Position numbers and translations under genes: made by a program
Part shown: piece by piece, positions 45,519 through 56,000 of the stretch
Numbering within the stretch: position 1 is the stretch's first letter
How the letters are laid out: every line of letters starts with the position of its first letter
Notes under the pieces: model-generated
Databases searched by the model: none
What the model was told of the DNA's origin: nothing
The model's input: only the letters and a program-made list of their open reading frames with translations
Assembly (NCBI GenBank): GCA_016218805.1
Contig: JACRCW010000081.1
Span: forward strand, 1-64,000
Direction: 5' to 3'
From: Deltaproteobacteria bacterium
Lineage (GTDB): Bacteria; Myxococcota; JACRCW01
DNA length: 64,000 bases

Positions 45519-48107
45519 GTGGCGGAACCCCGGAGCGGCTCGGCGGCCAGGCGGACCGAGCACACCCAGTTCTTCTCCATGGCGATGCTGGAGCTGGCGC
45601 GGGAGGCGCCGGCATGGGTGAAGTCCGCGCGCGCGCATCTGCAGCAGGGGCGGTTTGCCCAGGCACAGCAGGAGCTGGAGGCGGGCCTGGCCAGCTCGCC
45701 GGGGCACGTGGAGGGCCTGCTGTTCCTGGCCGAGGCGCACTGGGAGCAGGTGCACGCGCCCTCCGCGCTGGATTGCCTCAAGCAGGCCATCCAGGCGGCG
45801 CCGCGGGACGCACGCGCCTACGCGCTCTTGGGGCGCTACCTGCTGCTCAAGGGCCTGCGCGAACAGGCGGTGAAGTTCCTGGAGCACGCCGTCACGCTGG
45901 ACCCCAACGATCACCACAGCCGCAAGGCCCTGGAGCGCACGCGCAACCTCATCCAGAAGGGCTACCGCCGCGTGGAGCGCACGCGCCTGGGAGCGCCACC
46001 CGGGGACGCACCGCAGGAGACGCGGCTGTTTGTGCGGCCCGTGCCGGATCCGCAGACCGCCCCGCCGCCGCCACCGGCCGCTGGGGCCGGCCCGTCTGAC
46101 CCCACGGCGGAACAGGCCGCCCCGGCCGCTGCCGTCCCGGAGCCCGGCATCTCCGAGGGTGAGGTGGAGCGCGCCCTGGCGGCGCTCATCACCGGCAACC
46201 TGTTCCCGGTGGACCTGGACCACCCGGCGGTGGACGGCGCCCGGCGCCGCCCGGCGTGGCAGCTGTTGGCGGCGGTGCTGCTGTTGGCGCTGGCCGCGGC
46301 CGCAGGCGCACCCGCGGGCCTGCTGCTGCGCAAGCACGTGGCGTCCGCCCGGGCCGGTGGCGCCATGGAACGCGCGTACGCGCTGCTGCGGGAGGACACG
46401 CCGGCGGCGTGGACCGGCGCGGCGGAGCTGCTGGACCGGATCTCGGCGTCGTCGCCGGAGTATGAGGCGGCCCAGCCGCTGTTGGCCATGGCGCAGGCCA
46501 CACGCGCGCAGGACCTGGGCGGTGGCCGCCCGCTGCGCGAAGAGGCGGAGCGGGCGCTGTCCGCCTCCGGCGAGGCAGGCAGCCCCGCACGCCGCTCCCC
46601 CGCCGCCCTCTGGGCGCGGCACCTGGTGGTCCGCGGTGGCGGCGAGGCCGACCGGGCACTGGCTGGCGACCTGCGGCGCGCGCTTCAGGACAAGCCCGCT
46701 GATGCGTGGCTGTGGGCGGTGCAGGGGCGTGTGGCGGAAGACGCGGGGGATGACGCCGCCGCGTTGGATGCCTACCGGGCCGCGGTGCACCGCGACCCGG
46801 ACTTTCCGCTCGCGCGGATGGGGCTGGCGCGCGGCCACGTGCGCCTGGGGGACCTGGCGGAGGCGCGCCGGCAGCTGGACCAGGTGCTGGCGCTGCACCC
46901 CGGTCACGCCGGTGCGCACCTGGTCCTCACGCTCTTGGCCGCCGGCGACCCGGCAGGGGCCACCGTGCTGGAGCGCACCCGGCGCCTGGTGGATGACCCG
47001 GCCACCCGCCCGCCGGACGCGGCCCTGCTGGCCGCGGGGTTGGCGCTGGCGGAACTGGCGCGCGGCCAGGGCCACGCGGCGCCGGCGTTGTGGGCGCGTG
47101 CGGCGGGGGCGTCCGCGGCACTGCCGTTTGCGGTCTGGCAGGTGGCGCGCGTGCGCCTGGCGCTGGGCGAGGTGGACGCGGCCCGGGAGATGCTGGCGCA
47201 GCTGGCCGAGAACAACGACTCCGACGTCAACCTCCACAAGGACCTGGCCCGGGCGTCCGCGGCGGCGGCGCTGGGTCCCCCGCTGGTGGAGCGCGCCCGT
47301 GCGGCAGCGCCCGGGCGGGAGCGCGGCGGTTGGCCCACGCTGGTCCTGCCGCTGGGGACAGTGCACGTGCGCCCGGGCGCGCCGTTCCCTTTTGAAACGG
47401 TGCTGGATGCGCGCTTCTTCCCTGAGGCGGAACTGCAGCAGGCCACGGCGATGGCGCGGGACCTGTCACCGCGGGTGGCGGTGGCACGCGTGAAGACGGC
47501 GGCGGCGGTGGCGCGGGCGCGGGCGCTGCTGGCGTCGGGCCAGGCTGCTGCCGCGCGCGAGTTGTTGCTGGAACAGCGGGAGAGCGCGCGGTCTGACACG
47601 GAGGTGCTGGTGACGCTGGCGCAGGCGTGCTGGCGCGCCGGGGACCGCGCCGCCGCGGAGCAGCACGCGCGTGAGGCCCTGGAGGTGAATCCCCAGGAGC
47701 CGGGCGCGCGCCTGCTGCGGGTCTCCCTGCTGCTGGAAGGGGAGGACGTGGCGCGGGCGCTGCGGGAACTGGACCTGTTTGACCAGTCCGGCGTGGAGAG
47801 CGCGCAGGCCCACGCGCTGCGGGCGCGCGCGCTGGCGGCCAGGGGCCGCACCGCTGACGCGCAGAAGGCGCTGGCGCGCGCGCTGGCGCTGGATCCGGGG
47901 GACCTGGAGGTGGCGCTGGCGGTGGCGCGGGTGGGTGCGCCGGAGGGCGGCGGAGAGCGAGCCGCGGCGGTGACGGCGCTCACGCGCTTTCTGCAGGCGG
48001 CGGACGCGGAGAACCCGCGGCGCGCCGGCGCGGTGGACGCGCTGGAGCGCCTGGGTGCGCCCGTTCCCGCGGGACAGGGCAGCCAAGGCCGGCGCGCGCG
48101 GCGCTAG
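45519..48107 (+). CDS. Large TPR-repeat bitopic membrane protein
   Basis: N-terminal TPRs, Pro-rich linker, a single TM segment (WQLLAAVLLLALAAAAG) and many C-terminal TPRs (AL..DP). Confidence 0.8.
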   Translation: MAEPRSGSAARRTEHTQFFSMAMLELAREAPAWVKSARAHLQQGRFAQAQQELEAGLASSPGHVEGLLFLAEAHWEQVHAPSALDCLKQAIQAAPRDARAYALLGRYLLLKGLREQAVKFLEHAVTLDPNDHHSRKALERTRNLIQKGYRRVERTRLGAPPGDAPQETRLFVRPVPDPQTAPPPPPAAGAGPSDPTAEQAAPAAAVPEPGISEGEVERALAALITGNLFPVDLDHPAVDGARRRPAWQLLAAVLLLALAAAAGAPAGLLLRKHVASARAGGAMERAYALLREDTPAAWTGAAELLDRISASSPEYEAAQPLLAMAQATRAQDLGGGRPLREEAERALSASGEAGSPARRSPAALWARHLVVRGGGEADRALAGDLRRALQDKPADAWLWAVQGRVAEDAGDDAAALDAYRAAVHRDPDFPLARMGLARGHVRLGDLAEARRQLDQVLALHPGHAGAHLVLTLLAAGDPAGATVLERTRRLVDDPATRPPDAALLAAGLALAELARGQGHAAPALWARAAGASAALPFAVWQVARVRLALGEVDAAREMLAQLAENNDSDVNLHKDLARASAAAALGPPLVERARAAAPGRERGGWPTLVLPLGTVHVRPGAPFPFETVLDARFFPEAELQQATAMARDLSPRVAVARVKTAAAVARARALLASGQAAAARELLLEQRESARSDTEVLVTLAQACWRAGDRAAAEQHAREALEVNPQEPGARLLRVSLLLEGEDVARALRELDLFDQSGVESAQAHALRARALAARGRTADAQKALARALALDPGDLEVALAVARVGAPEGGGERAAAVTALTRFLQAADAENPRRAGAVDALERLGAPVPAGQGSQGRRARR

Positions 48108-48132
48108 GCTGTTGCGCTGCAGGAGGTGGGGC

Positions 48133-49296
48133 GTGGAGCTTGACGGGGTTCTGCCGCCACCACCGCGCGTCCCTGCCGCATCGGTGCGGCGCGTGCGCTC
48201 GCTCGCGTTCCTCCTGCTCAGTGCTGCGCTCCTTGCGCTTCCCTGGCTGATGGTGGGGCTGGTGGAGGAGGTCCGCGCGGACCACCGGCGTGCGGCCACC
48301 TGGCGGACCGGGCAGCCGGTGGACGCCACCGTGGTGCGGCACGAATTCCCCGAGGGCTGGTTCCCCGGCCCGCGCCGCGTGGTGTTCTCCTTTGTCCACG
48401 CGGGCGCCACGCGCGAAGCGCGCCGCGTGGTGCTGCCGCGGGACCTGGGCGAGTGGCCCGTGGGCTCCGTCCTCCCGCTGCGCGTGGACCCCGCGCACCC
48501 GGACGACCCCTCGCTGCCCTGGGACGCCGCGGGGGATGCGTGGTGGCCGTTGGATCTGCTGGCCTTCCCCGCGGTGCTCCTCCTGATTGCGGCGGGGCTT
48601 GCGGTGCTGGCCCGGGTGACGGACCGGCGCTACCGCGTGCTCCGTGACGGTGTGGCGGTGCCCGCGCGCGTGCTCCGGCGCCACCCTGCGTTCGCGCAGT
48701 TGCACCAGGTGGAGTACGCCTGGGACGGCGTGACCCACCGCGCGTGGGTGGACATCCCCGTCGTGTTCTGGCCCGCGCCGTTGCGCGCCGCGCTGCTGGT
48801 GCTCCCCGGCCGTCCCGGTGCCTGCGCCGCCGCGCTGCCCACGGAGATTGTGCACGTACCGGGGCCGCAGGAGCAGGCGCACGCGCTGGCGGAGGTTGTA
48901 GACCGCTGGGTGCGGCTTCCCGGCCCGGCGGCTGCGCTGGCCGGACTGCCGGCGCGGCTGCGCGCGGTGGATGACAACGCTGCGCGCGACGCGGTGGCCG
49001 CGCTGGAAGCGCTGCTGGCGGGTCCCGCGCTGGAAGTCTTCCTGGACCGCTGGCTGCGCGGCCACGCGGCGGCGCTGGCGCCCGCACAACGGGCCGCGCT
49101 GGGTCGGCTGCACGCCGTCCGGCGCATCCGCCGTCACGTGGCGCTGCGCTTCGCCATCGTCTCCGCCACGGCGATCACGGTCGTGGTTGGCGGAGTTCTC
49201 GGACTGTTCCTGGGGGTCGCCCCGGGCGCGCTGGAACTGGCGCTGTATTTCACCGTGTTTGCCGTGGTGCTGTGGCTGGCGGCCGGCGGCGTGTGA
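48133..49296 (+). CDS. Membrane protein with a DUF3592-like domain
   Basis: TM, then G..V.ATVV...F.F......VG..L..RVDP.HP, then TM. AGGAGG RBS before GTG 48133. Confidence 0.6.
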   Translation: MELDGVLPPPPRVPAASVRRVRSLAFLLLSAALLALPWLMVGLVEEVRADHRRAATWRTGQPVDATVVRHEFPEGWFPGPRRVVFSFVHAGATREARRVVLPRDLGEWPVGSVLPLRVDPAHPDDPSLPWDAAGDAWWPLDLLAFPAVLLLIAAGLAVLARVTDRRYRVLRDGVAVPARVLRRHPAFAQLHQVEYAWDGVTHRAWVDIPVVFWPAPLRAALLVLPGRPGACAAALPTEIVHVPGPQEQAHALAEVVDRWVRLPGPAAALAGLPARLRAVDDNAARDAVAALEALLAGPALEVFLDRWLRGHAAALAPAQRAALGRLHAVRRIRRHVALRFAIVSATAITVVVGGVLGLFLGVAPGALELALYFTVFAVVLWLAAGGV

Positions 49297-49302
49297 GGCC
49301 AC

Positions 49303-51798
49303 TCACGGGGACGCGATCAGCACCTGGTGCGTGCCGCCGGGCACGTGGATCCACAACGCGCCACCGGACTCGGGCACGTGGCGCCATGACGAGGCGGTGG
49401 ACTGCAGCGCCTGCGCGCTGTCCGCCACCGTGGCTGCCGTCCCGTCCAGGGTGACGGATGCCGGCGCGGGAACACCCAGCAGCTCCAGCACAAACCCCGC
49501 GGTGAAGACGCTGCCTGACGCCACAGAGAGCTGTGCCGCCGCCACCTCCAGGCGCGTCCCGTCATACACGGTGAACACGCTGCTGCCGGAACCGGGCGGG
49601 ACCGCGCGCACGTACAACAGCCCCGCATCCCCCGCGAACGACTCCACGCCCGCCAGCGTGGCCGGTGCCAGCGTGTCGATCGTCGGGCGGAGCAGCGGGA
49701 TGATGGCGCCTTGCCGGATGAACAGCGGCAACCGCTCCAGCGGTGCGTCCACGGTGGCGTGGCCCGGCCCGTCGTGGACGGTCCCGTCCCACCAGTCCAC
49801 CCACCGCCCCGCCGGAAACGGCACCTCGCGCGTGCGGTCACCGTCCACAATGACGGGCGCCACCAGCAGATCGTCGCCGAACAGGTAGGTGTCCGACGGG
49901 TGTTCCCCCAGTTCCGGGTGGGCCAGGCCCAGCGGTCGCTGGATGGGCCGGCCCGTCGTGGCAATCTGTTGCGCCAGCGTCCACTCATAAGGGAACAGGC
50001 GCAGGTGCAGCCGCGCGTAGACACGGTAGATGTCCACCGCCTCCTGGTCGCGCCCGTTCTCCGCGGTGAACTCCCATGGCGGTTGCGACGAACTGTCACC
50101 GACCTGCATCACCGACGACAGTGCGGTCTGCTGTGTCCAGCGCAGGAACAGCTCCTTGGACGGCGGGCTGTGCCGGTACCCGCCGGTGTCCGCGCCAAAG
50201 AACGGGTAGCCTGACGGGCCCAGGCCCAGCCCCATGGCGATGGAGGACGGCAGTCCGCCCACGCCCGTCACGCGTTCCCCCGCGCGGTTGGTGAACACCT
50301 CGCGGTAGCGCGTGAAGGTGGCATCCAGGTCCCCCGGCCAGATGACGCTGGCGTAGCGCTGGCCACCCCAGCGTCCCGCGCGGCACAGCAGGAAGCCACC
50401 GTTGGGGGGAAGCAGCTCGGCGTAGGCCCGGTGGTAGAGCGCGGGGTAGCGGTGGTGCATCACGCGCTCGTCACTGCCGTCACCAAACTCCCAGGTGCTG
50501 CGGCTCATGTAGAGCGCGGGCAACACGTCCTCCGCGTAGTCCAGCTTGAAGCCCTCCACGCCCGCATCCGTGTAACGCCGCACACCCTCCTGCCAGAACG
50601 CCCATGCCGCCGGCAGCGTGAAGTCCAGCGGCTCGCTCCAGGAGTTGAGCAGCGGGCCGTGGGTGGACGGGAAGAAACCCGCATTCACCGCCTGCGTGCG
50701 GTAGGGCTCAGCGCCCTCCTCCACGTAGGGCACGTGCCACAGCGCGTACCGCAGGCCCGCCGCGTGGAGCGCATCCACCATCGCTGCCGGGTCGGGGAAT
50801 CGCGCGGCGTCGTAGTCAAACGCGCCCTCGTGTGACGCGTACGGCCGGTCAATCCACATCCCGCTGGTGGCGAGATCCAGCTCGCGGATCTTCGCCACGT
50901 CGTCCAGCACCTGCACCTGGTCGCGGTTCTCGTCACGCCAGATCCACGGGCCCAGCGCCCACGGGGCGGGGAGGACCGGCGCGCCGGTGACCGCCAGGTA
51001 ATGCGCCGTCACATCCAGCGGGTGCGCCGCCGCAAACAGGTGCACCGCCAGCGCGGGTTCGCCGGACGCCACCGCGTAGGTCACCTCCACCAGCGTGGGC
51101 TCCTTGCGCGCCACGTCAAACGCGCCCACGCGCTCGTCCTCCACAAACAGGCCCCAGCCGCCCGTGCCAATGAGCAGCGGCACCACCACGTGGTTCTCGG
51201 TGCTCGCGCTCTCAATGCCCAGGTCCGCCTCCAACTGCATGGGCCGCAACTTGCCACGGTGGTTGACGTCGTCGGGCCATTCGCCCAGCCCGTAGAACGC
51301 CTCGTCCGCCGCCGCGCGCGGCCGCAGCCGCATCCACGCCACCGCCGTGCCGTTCCCGGCCGCCACCACCCGCCAGGCCGCCCGGAAACGCCCGTCCGCC
51401 GCCGGGGCAATGCGCAACTCCGTGCGCGTGCCGTCCGTGAAGGTGGACTCCACCACCGCGTCCGCGCCGTCCGCGCGCGCGGTACTCCCGCTCACCGTGT
51501 CCCACGCCAGGTCGTCGGGTGCGCCCGGGTTGAGCACGTCATCCCGCTCCAGCCAGTACGGGTCGTAGCTTCCCGCCGGGTCCAACTGGAACACCGTGCC
51601 CAGCTGCAGCGCATCCGCCGGGAAGTCCAGCAGCGTGGTGGCTCCGTCCCGCAGTGAGAATGAACGCCCGTCCGCCGCCACGTGTACGGACACCGTGCCG
51701 GCGCGGACCTCCGGGCCGGTGGGGTCCGGTGGCTGCTCCCGGCCGGTGCAGGCGGTGAGCAGGACGGGGAGGAGCGCGGCGCGAAGGTGGGGTGCCAT
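49303..51798 (-). CDS. Glycoside hydrolase family 31 lipoprotein
   Basis: Lipobox LTAC, FYGLGE, P.WALG.W, F.YD..RFPDP, nucleophile GFKLDYAE, acid/base WPGD, DTGGY and YLFGDDLLVAPV. Confidence 0.92.
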   Translation of the reverse strand: MAPHLRAALLPVLLTACTGREQPPDPTGPEVRAGTVSVHVAADGRSFSLRDGATTLLDFPADALQLGTVFQLDPAGSYDPYWLERDDVLNPGAPDDLAWDTVSGSTARADGADAVVESTFTDGTRTELRIAPAADGRFRAAWRVVAAGNGTAVAWMRLRPRAAADEAFYGLGEWPDDVNHRGKLRPMQLEADLGIESASTENHVVVPLLIGTGGWGLFVEDERVGAFDVARKEPTLVEVTYAVASGEPALAVHLFAAAHPLDVTAHYLAVTGAPVLPAPWALGPWIWRDENRDQVQVLDDVAKIRELDLATSGMWIDRPYASHEGAFDYDAARFPDPAAMVDALHAAGLRYALWHVPYVEEGAEPYRTQAVNAGFFPSTHGPLLNSWSEPLDFTLPAAWAFWQEGVRRYTDAGVEGFKLDYAEDVLPALYMSRSTWEFGDGSDERVMHHRYPALYHRAYAELLPPNGGFLLCRAGRWGGQRYASVIWPGDLDATFTRYREVFTNRAGERVTGVGGLPSSIAMGLGLGPSGYPFFGADTGGYRHSPPSKELFLRWTQQTALSSVMQVGDSSSQPPWEFTAENGRDQEAVDIYRVYARLHLRLFPYEWTLAQQIATTGRPIQRPLGLAHPELGEHPSDTYLFGDDLLVAPVIVDGDRTREVPFPAGRWVDWWDGTVHDGPGHATVDAPLERLPLFIRQGAIIPLLRPTIDTLAPATLAGVESFAGDAGLLYVRAVPPGSGSSVFTVYDGTRLEVAAAQLSVASGSVFTAGFVLELLGVPAPASVTLDGTAATVADSAQALQSTASSWRHVPESGGALWIHVPGGTHQVLIASP

Positions 51799-51846
51799 CA
51801 GCGGCGCGGTGTGCCTGCGTTGCGCGCGCGGCGCAAGGGCGCCGCG

Positions 51847-52713
51847 TCAGGGTGTGCAGTCCGTCCACGCAATGAGGTGCGTGGACAGGCCGCATCCGTC
51901 GCCGGTGGTGTACCAGCCCTCGGAACGCGTACCCACGGCGTCGCATGACGGGAATTCGCCCGCGCAGCGCGCGTGGCACAGCAGCTCACCGGAGCAGGTG
52001 TCATACCAGCCCTCACTGAACGACCCCGCTTCCATGCACACCGGCGGGCACAGCCACGTGGGCATGCAGCAGGACGTGCCCAGGCCGCCGCCGCATGACC
52101 ACGCGCCCGACATGATCCCGGCCGGGCACGCGTTGGGCACCACCGCCACACACTGGCCGCCCGCCGCCTCGCACGGCAGGGTCCCGGCGTCGGGCAGCGG
52201 GGGAACGCCGCCATCGCCCGTGGTGCACGCCACCACCGTCGTGCCGGCACAACCCGCGTTGCACGCGTTGCAGTAGCGCTGCCCATCGGCTCCGCACACC
52301 CAGTACTCGGGCGCCGGGCACCCCACGCCGCACTGCTCCACGCAACTGCCCGCGTCGGGCGTGGTGCCACCGTCAGCCGGCGTGCCGGCGTCCGGGCAGT
52401 CCACCACCGTGGTGCCGCTGCACGCGGCAAAACACGCGGTGCAGTAGCGGTTCCCATCCTGGCCGCACACCCAGTACTCCGGTGCCGGGCATCCCGTGCC
52501 GCACGCCTCCACGCAGGACTGCACCGTGGAGGATGACTGGCCGCCACCCGAGCTGGCCGTGGCCCCGGAGGACGGGCCCGCCGCGGAGGACGACGCCACG
52601 CCGCCCGAGGAGCCGCCGCCGGACGACGACGATGACGATGATGACGACGAACCACCGCCACCGGTGCAGGCGGCGAGGAAAGCGGAAAACGCGACGGTCA
52701 GGACACGGTTCAA
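51847..52713 (-). CDS. Cys-rich lipoprotein with a Ser-rich linker and two Kazal-like repeats
   Basis: GGAGG RBS, TTG start, lipobox LAAC, and two 40-aa repeats CVE.CG.GCPAPEYWVCG.DG.RYC.AC.A.C.GTTVV.C. Confidence 0.8.
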   Translation of the reverse strand: MNRVLTVAFSAFLAACTGGGGSSSSSSSSSSGGGSSGGVASSSAAGPSSGATASSGGGQSSSTVQSCVEACGTGCPAPEYWVCGQDGNRYCTACFAACSGTTVVDCPDAGTPADGGTTPDAGSCVEQCGVGCPAPEYWVCGADGQRYCNACNAGCAGTTVVACTTGDGGVPPLPDAGTLPCEAAGGQCVAVVPNACPAGIMSGAWSCGGGLGTSCCMPTWLCPPVCMEAGSFSEGWYDTCSGELLCHARCAGEFPSCDAVGTRSEGWYTTGDGCGLSTHLIAWTDCTP

Positions 52714-52750
52714 GTCACACCTCCAGGAACAGGCCGGCGCGGAGGCTAGC

Positions 52751-52797
52751 GCGCACCGCCAGCGGAACGAACGGACCGGTTCACAGCAACGCACGGT
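52751..52797 (+). repeat. 47-bp direct repeat, left copy
   Basis: GCGCACCGCCAGCGGAACGAACGGACCGGTTCACAGCAACGCACGGT, 43/47 identical to 58390-58436. Confidence 0.9.
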
Positions 52798-53000
52798 GGC
52801 CCCGGAAAGGGGAACGCCATGGCCCGCGCTGTCGGTGGTGGACGAAGACGACGGGGAGCACCCGCAGCGGCGCGTGTACGCATTCGATGCCATCGACGGG
52901 ACGTTGGGATCCCGGTGGCGGCTTCCCGCGACCGCATCCATTGCCTTGCCGACGGTACATGCCGGTGATGAGATGCGCCGTCCGTCGACGGAGGTCTCCG

Positions 53001-56000
53001 ATGAGCAGGTTCGCGTTCCCGTGGCTGGTTGCCGTCCTGATGCTCGCCGGAGCATGCACGTCCAACCGTACCGACACCCGCGTGGTCATCACCGGACGCG
53101 TGCAGCTCACTGCTATACCGGGGCTGAACGACATGAGCCGCGTGCGCATTGACATCGGTCGCGGCGAAGGCGGCGTGGTGCCCGACGCGGACGGGCAGTT
53201 CGAACTGTCCGACCTTGAACCGGACGTGTACACGCTTGTCATCACGTTCACAGGGGGACTGACGCCGCAGGCGTCACGGTCCGCGTACCGGCGGCACGAG
53301 CTGCGCGTCGTGGGGCGCAGCGGTGGCGACATCAACCTGGGGACACTGGTGCTGCAGCTCGCCACCGGGCGGGTGACCGGCCGCGTGGAACAGACGGACG
53401 GGCGGGACCCCGCGGGCGCCACCGCGTCGCTGCGGACCATGGATGGGAAGACGCTGCAGGCACCGGTCACCGGTGGCCTGTATGTGCTGGAGAGCGTGCC
53501 CGTCGGTGAGCACTCCGTGACCGTCACCAAGCCGCTGTACGCGGCGGGATCGGCGCAGCCGCAGTGTGCGCCGCTGGTGGCCGTGGTGGAGGAGGATGCC
53601 GTCGTGGAGGCGACCCCGATGGTGCTCGCGCCGACGGCGGTGGGCCTGGTGCCGGGTGCGGTGGGCATTCTCGATACCGAGGGAACCACCTGGTACCTGC
53701 AGCGCGACGCAACCGGCGTGGCCGTGCGGGTGCTGTCCACCTACGCCACGCAGGGCCGCGTGTGGCTGGCCAGCGGCGGCACGCTGAGCGGGGACGGCGG
53801 CGTCGTGCCCTTCACCGCCTTTCAGCCCGATGGCTACGTCGTGGACGTCCCCGACGGGCGGTCGACGGTGCTGCTGCAGTTCGCCGACCGCTGCGGCTAC
53901 GAGTCCCCGGTCTATTCGCTGACCATCATCCGTGACCGGACGGCTCCGCGTCTTGACCTGGTGATGCTGAACGGCGGCGCGCCGTTCATCACCGCGCCCA
54001 CCACGCGCATGCTGGTCGTCGCCACGGATGAGCTGGACGGTCCGCTGGAACTGCGCCGCGCGTTGTGCACGGTGCCCGCCTTGGGTGCCGTCCCGCAGTG
54101 CACCCTGCCGCTGGAAGCATCGCCATGGGATGCGTACCAGGCGGATGACAACGTCACGTTCGACCCCCAGCAGGGCGGAAAGGCCGTGCAGGTCCAGGTG
54201 CGCGACCGGTCCGGAAACGTCTCGGAGATCGCCACCGCGCTCGTGACGCTGGACTCGCTGCCACCGGTGAATCCGCTCGTGGTGATCGGCAACGGAAGTG
54301 AACTGGTGAGCACGAACCGCGTGGTGGTCACCGTCCAGGCCGAGGGCGCCACGCGGATGAAGGTGGGTCCGGTATCCGGGCTCGCCGGGGTGGCATGGCA
54401 ACCCATGGTGGCGACGTTCCCGGTTGACCTGCCGGGCACGGATGGTGAGAAGCGCGTATACGCGGTGTTTGCGGACGACGCGGGCAACGAGACGGGCGAG
54501 GTCTCCGGCCGCGCGGTGCTGGACGCGACGCCGCCGTCCGCGCCGTTGGTGACGCTGGGCGATCCGGCCAGCGCGCCGTGGGTGAGCGACGCGTACGCGC
54601 CGCTCGTGGTCCTGACGACGGACGATGACCGCGCCACCCTCACGCTGCGCCTCCGCGGGGACACCGCCGGTGGCGCCCGGGACTACGGGTGGAGCGCCAT
54701 CCCGTCACACGTGGACCTGGCAAAGGGCGATGGCAGCAAGCGCGTGCTGGCCAGCCTGGTGGACCGCGCGGGCAACGAGAGCCCGGTCACGGAGACGGTG
54801 GTCCAGCTGGACACGTTGGCCCCACTGGTGAGGAGCGTCGTCGTCAACAACGGCGCGGAATACACCGGAGCCGCCCTGCTCGTGCTGGCCCTGGACGTGA
54901 CGGGCGCGGCGGAAATGCGCATCCAATGCGATGGCGCGTTTGACACCGAGACGTGGGGGCAAGCGGCCGCGGACGCGGACTGTCCCGCCCCGGTGGGCGA
55001 CGGGCTGAAGACCGTTCGCGGGATGTTCCGCGACGCTGCGGGGAACACCGTGACGGTGACGGCGCGTCCGGTCGTGCTGGACACGCTCGGGCCCGCCGGC
55101 ACGCTGGAGGTGGCCGGGCTGACCTCCACGTCCACAGGCTTCCGCACGCGCGAGCCTTTTGTGGACCTGCTGATGACGGCGCTGGACCCGCCGGCCGGGA
55201 CGCGCAGTGGCAGCGGCACGCGCTGGATGAAGGTCTGGAATGGCTCGGGCAGTGAGCCGGCGGATTGGCTGGAGTTCCGCCCCAGCATGCGCTGGCAGCT
55301 CCCGACGGGTGACGGGCCCAAGGAGATCCACCTCAAGCTGGCGGACGGCGTGGGGAATCCGAGCACCACGGCCATCACCGCGTCCCTGACGCTGGACCAG
55401 ACGCCCCCGACGCTACCGCGCCTGGCCGCACTGCCCGCCGCCACGTCGGCCGCCGCGGTGCTGCCCGCGCTGGACACGCCATCCACCGACGTGCACTCGG
55501 CGCCGGTCACCTACCAGTTGCGCGTGGATCCCAGCTCACCAACGTGGACCACCGTCACCTTCCCGCTGGTCACCCCCGTGCCGCTTGCCGCGGGCGAACG
55601 CAACCTGGTGCGCCTGCGCTCCCTTGACGCTGCGGGCAACGTCTCCGCCGAGGATGCCGCCGCGGTGGTCCAGGATGCCACGGGTCCACGGGAGCCCGTT
55701 CTGCTCGTCTCGCGCCAGCACGTGAACGCCACCACGGCGTCCGTGACCATCGTGAACCCGGACCCGGATGACGCCGGCCTGCGGTTCGAGGGATGCACCG
55801 AGAACATCCCGGCCACGGCGACCTGCAGCCGGACCTGCACGCCGGTGGACCTGCCCTCCAGCGTGGTGCTGTCACTGTCCGCGGGTGGGAAGACGTGTGT
55901 GTTCGCGCGTTCGGTGGACGCGGCGCAGAACGCCAGTGGACTCGCCGTGACGTGGTTGATCAGCGACCTGTCCGCCCCGCGTCCGCCGGACCTGGCCCCG

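Noticed and set aside
52482..53000. 173-aa N-terminal extension of the giant ORF (1967 aa in the track)
   Set aside because: It overlaps the opposite-strand lipoprotein gene. The RBS, ATG and lipoprotein signal at 53001 mark the real start.
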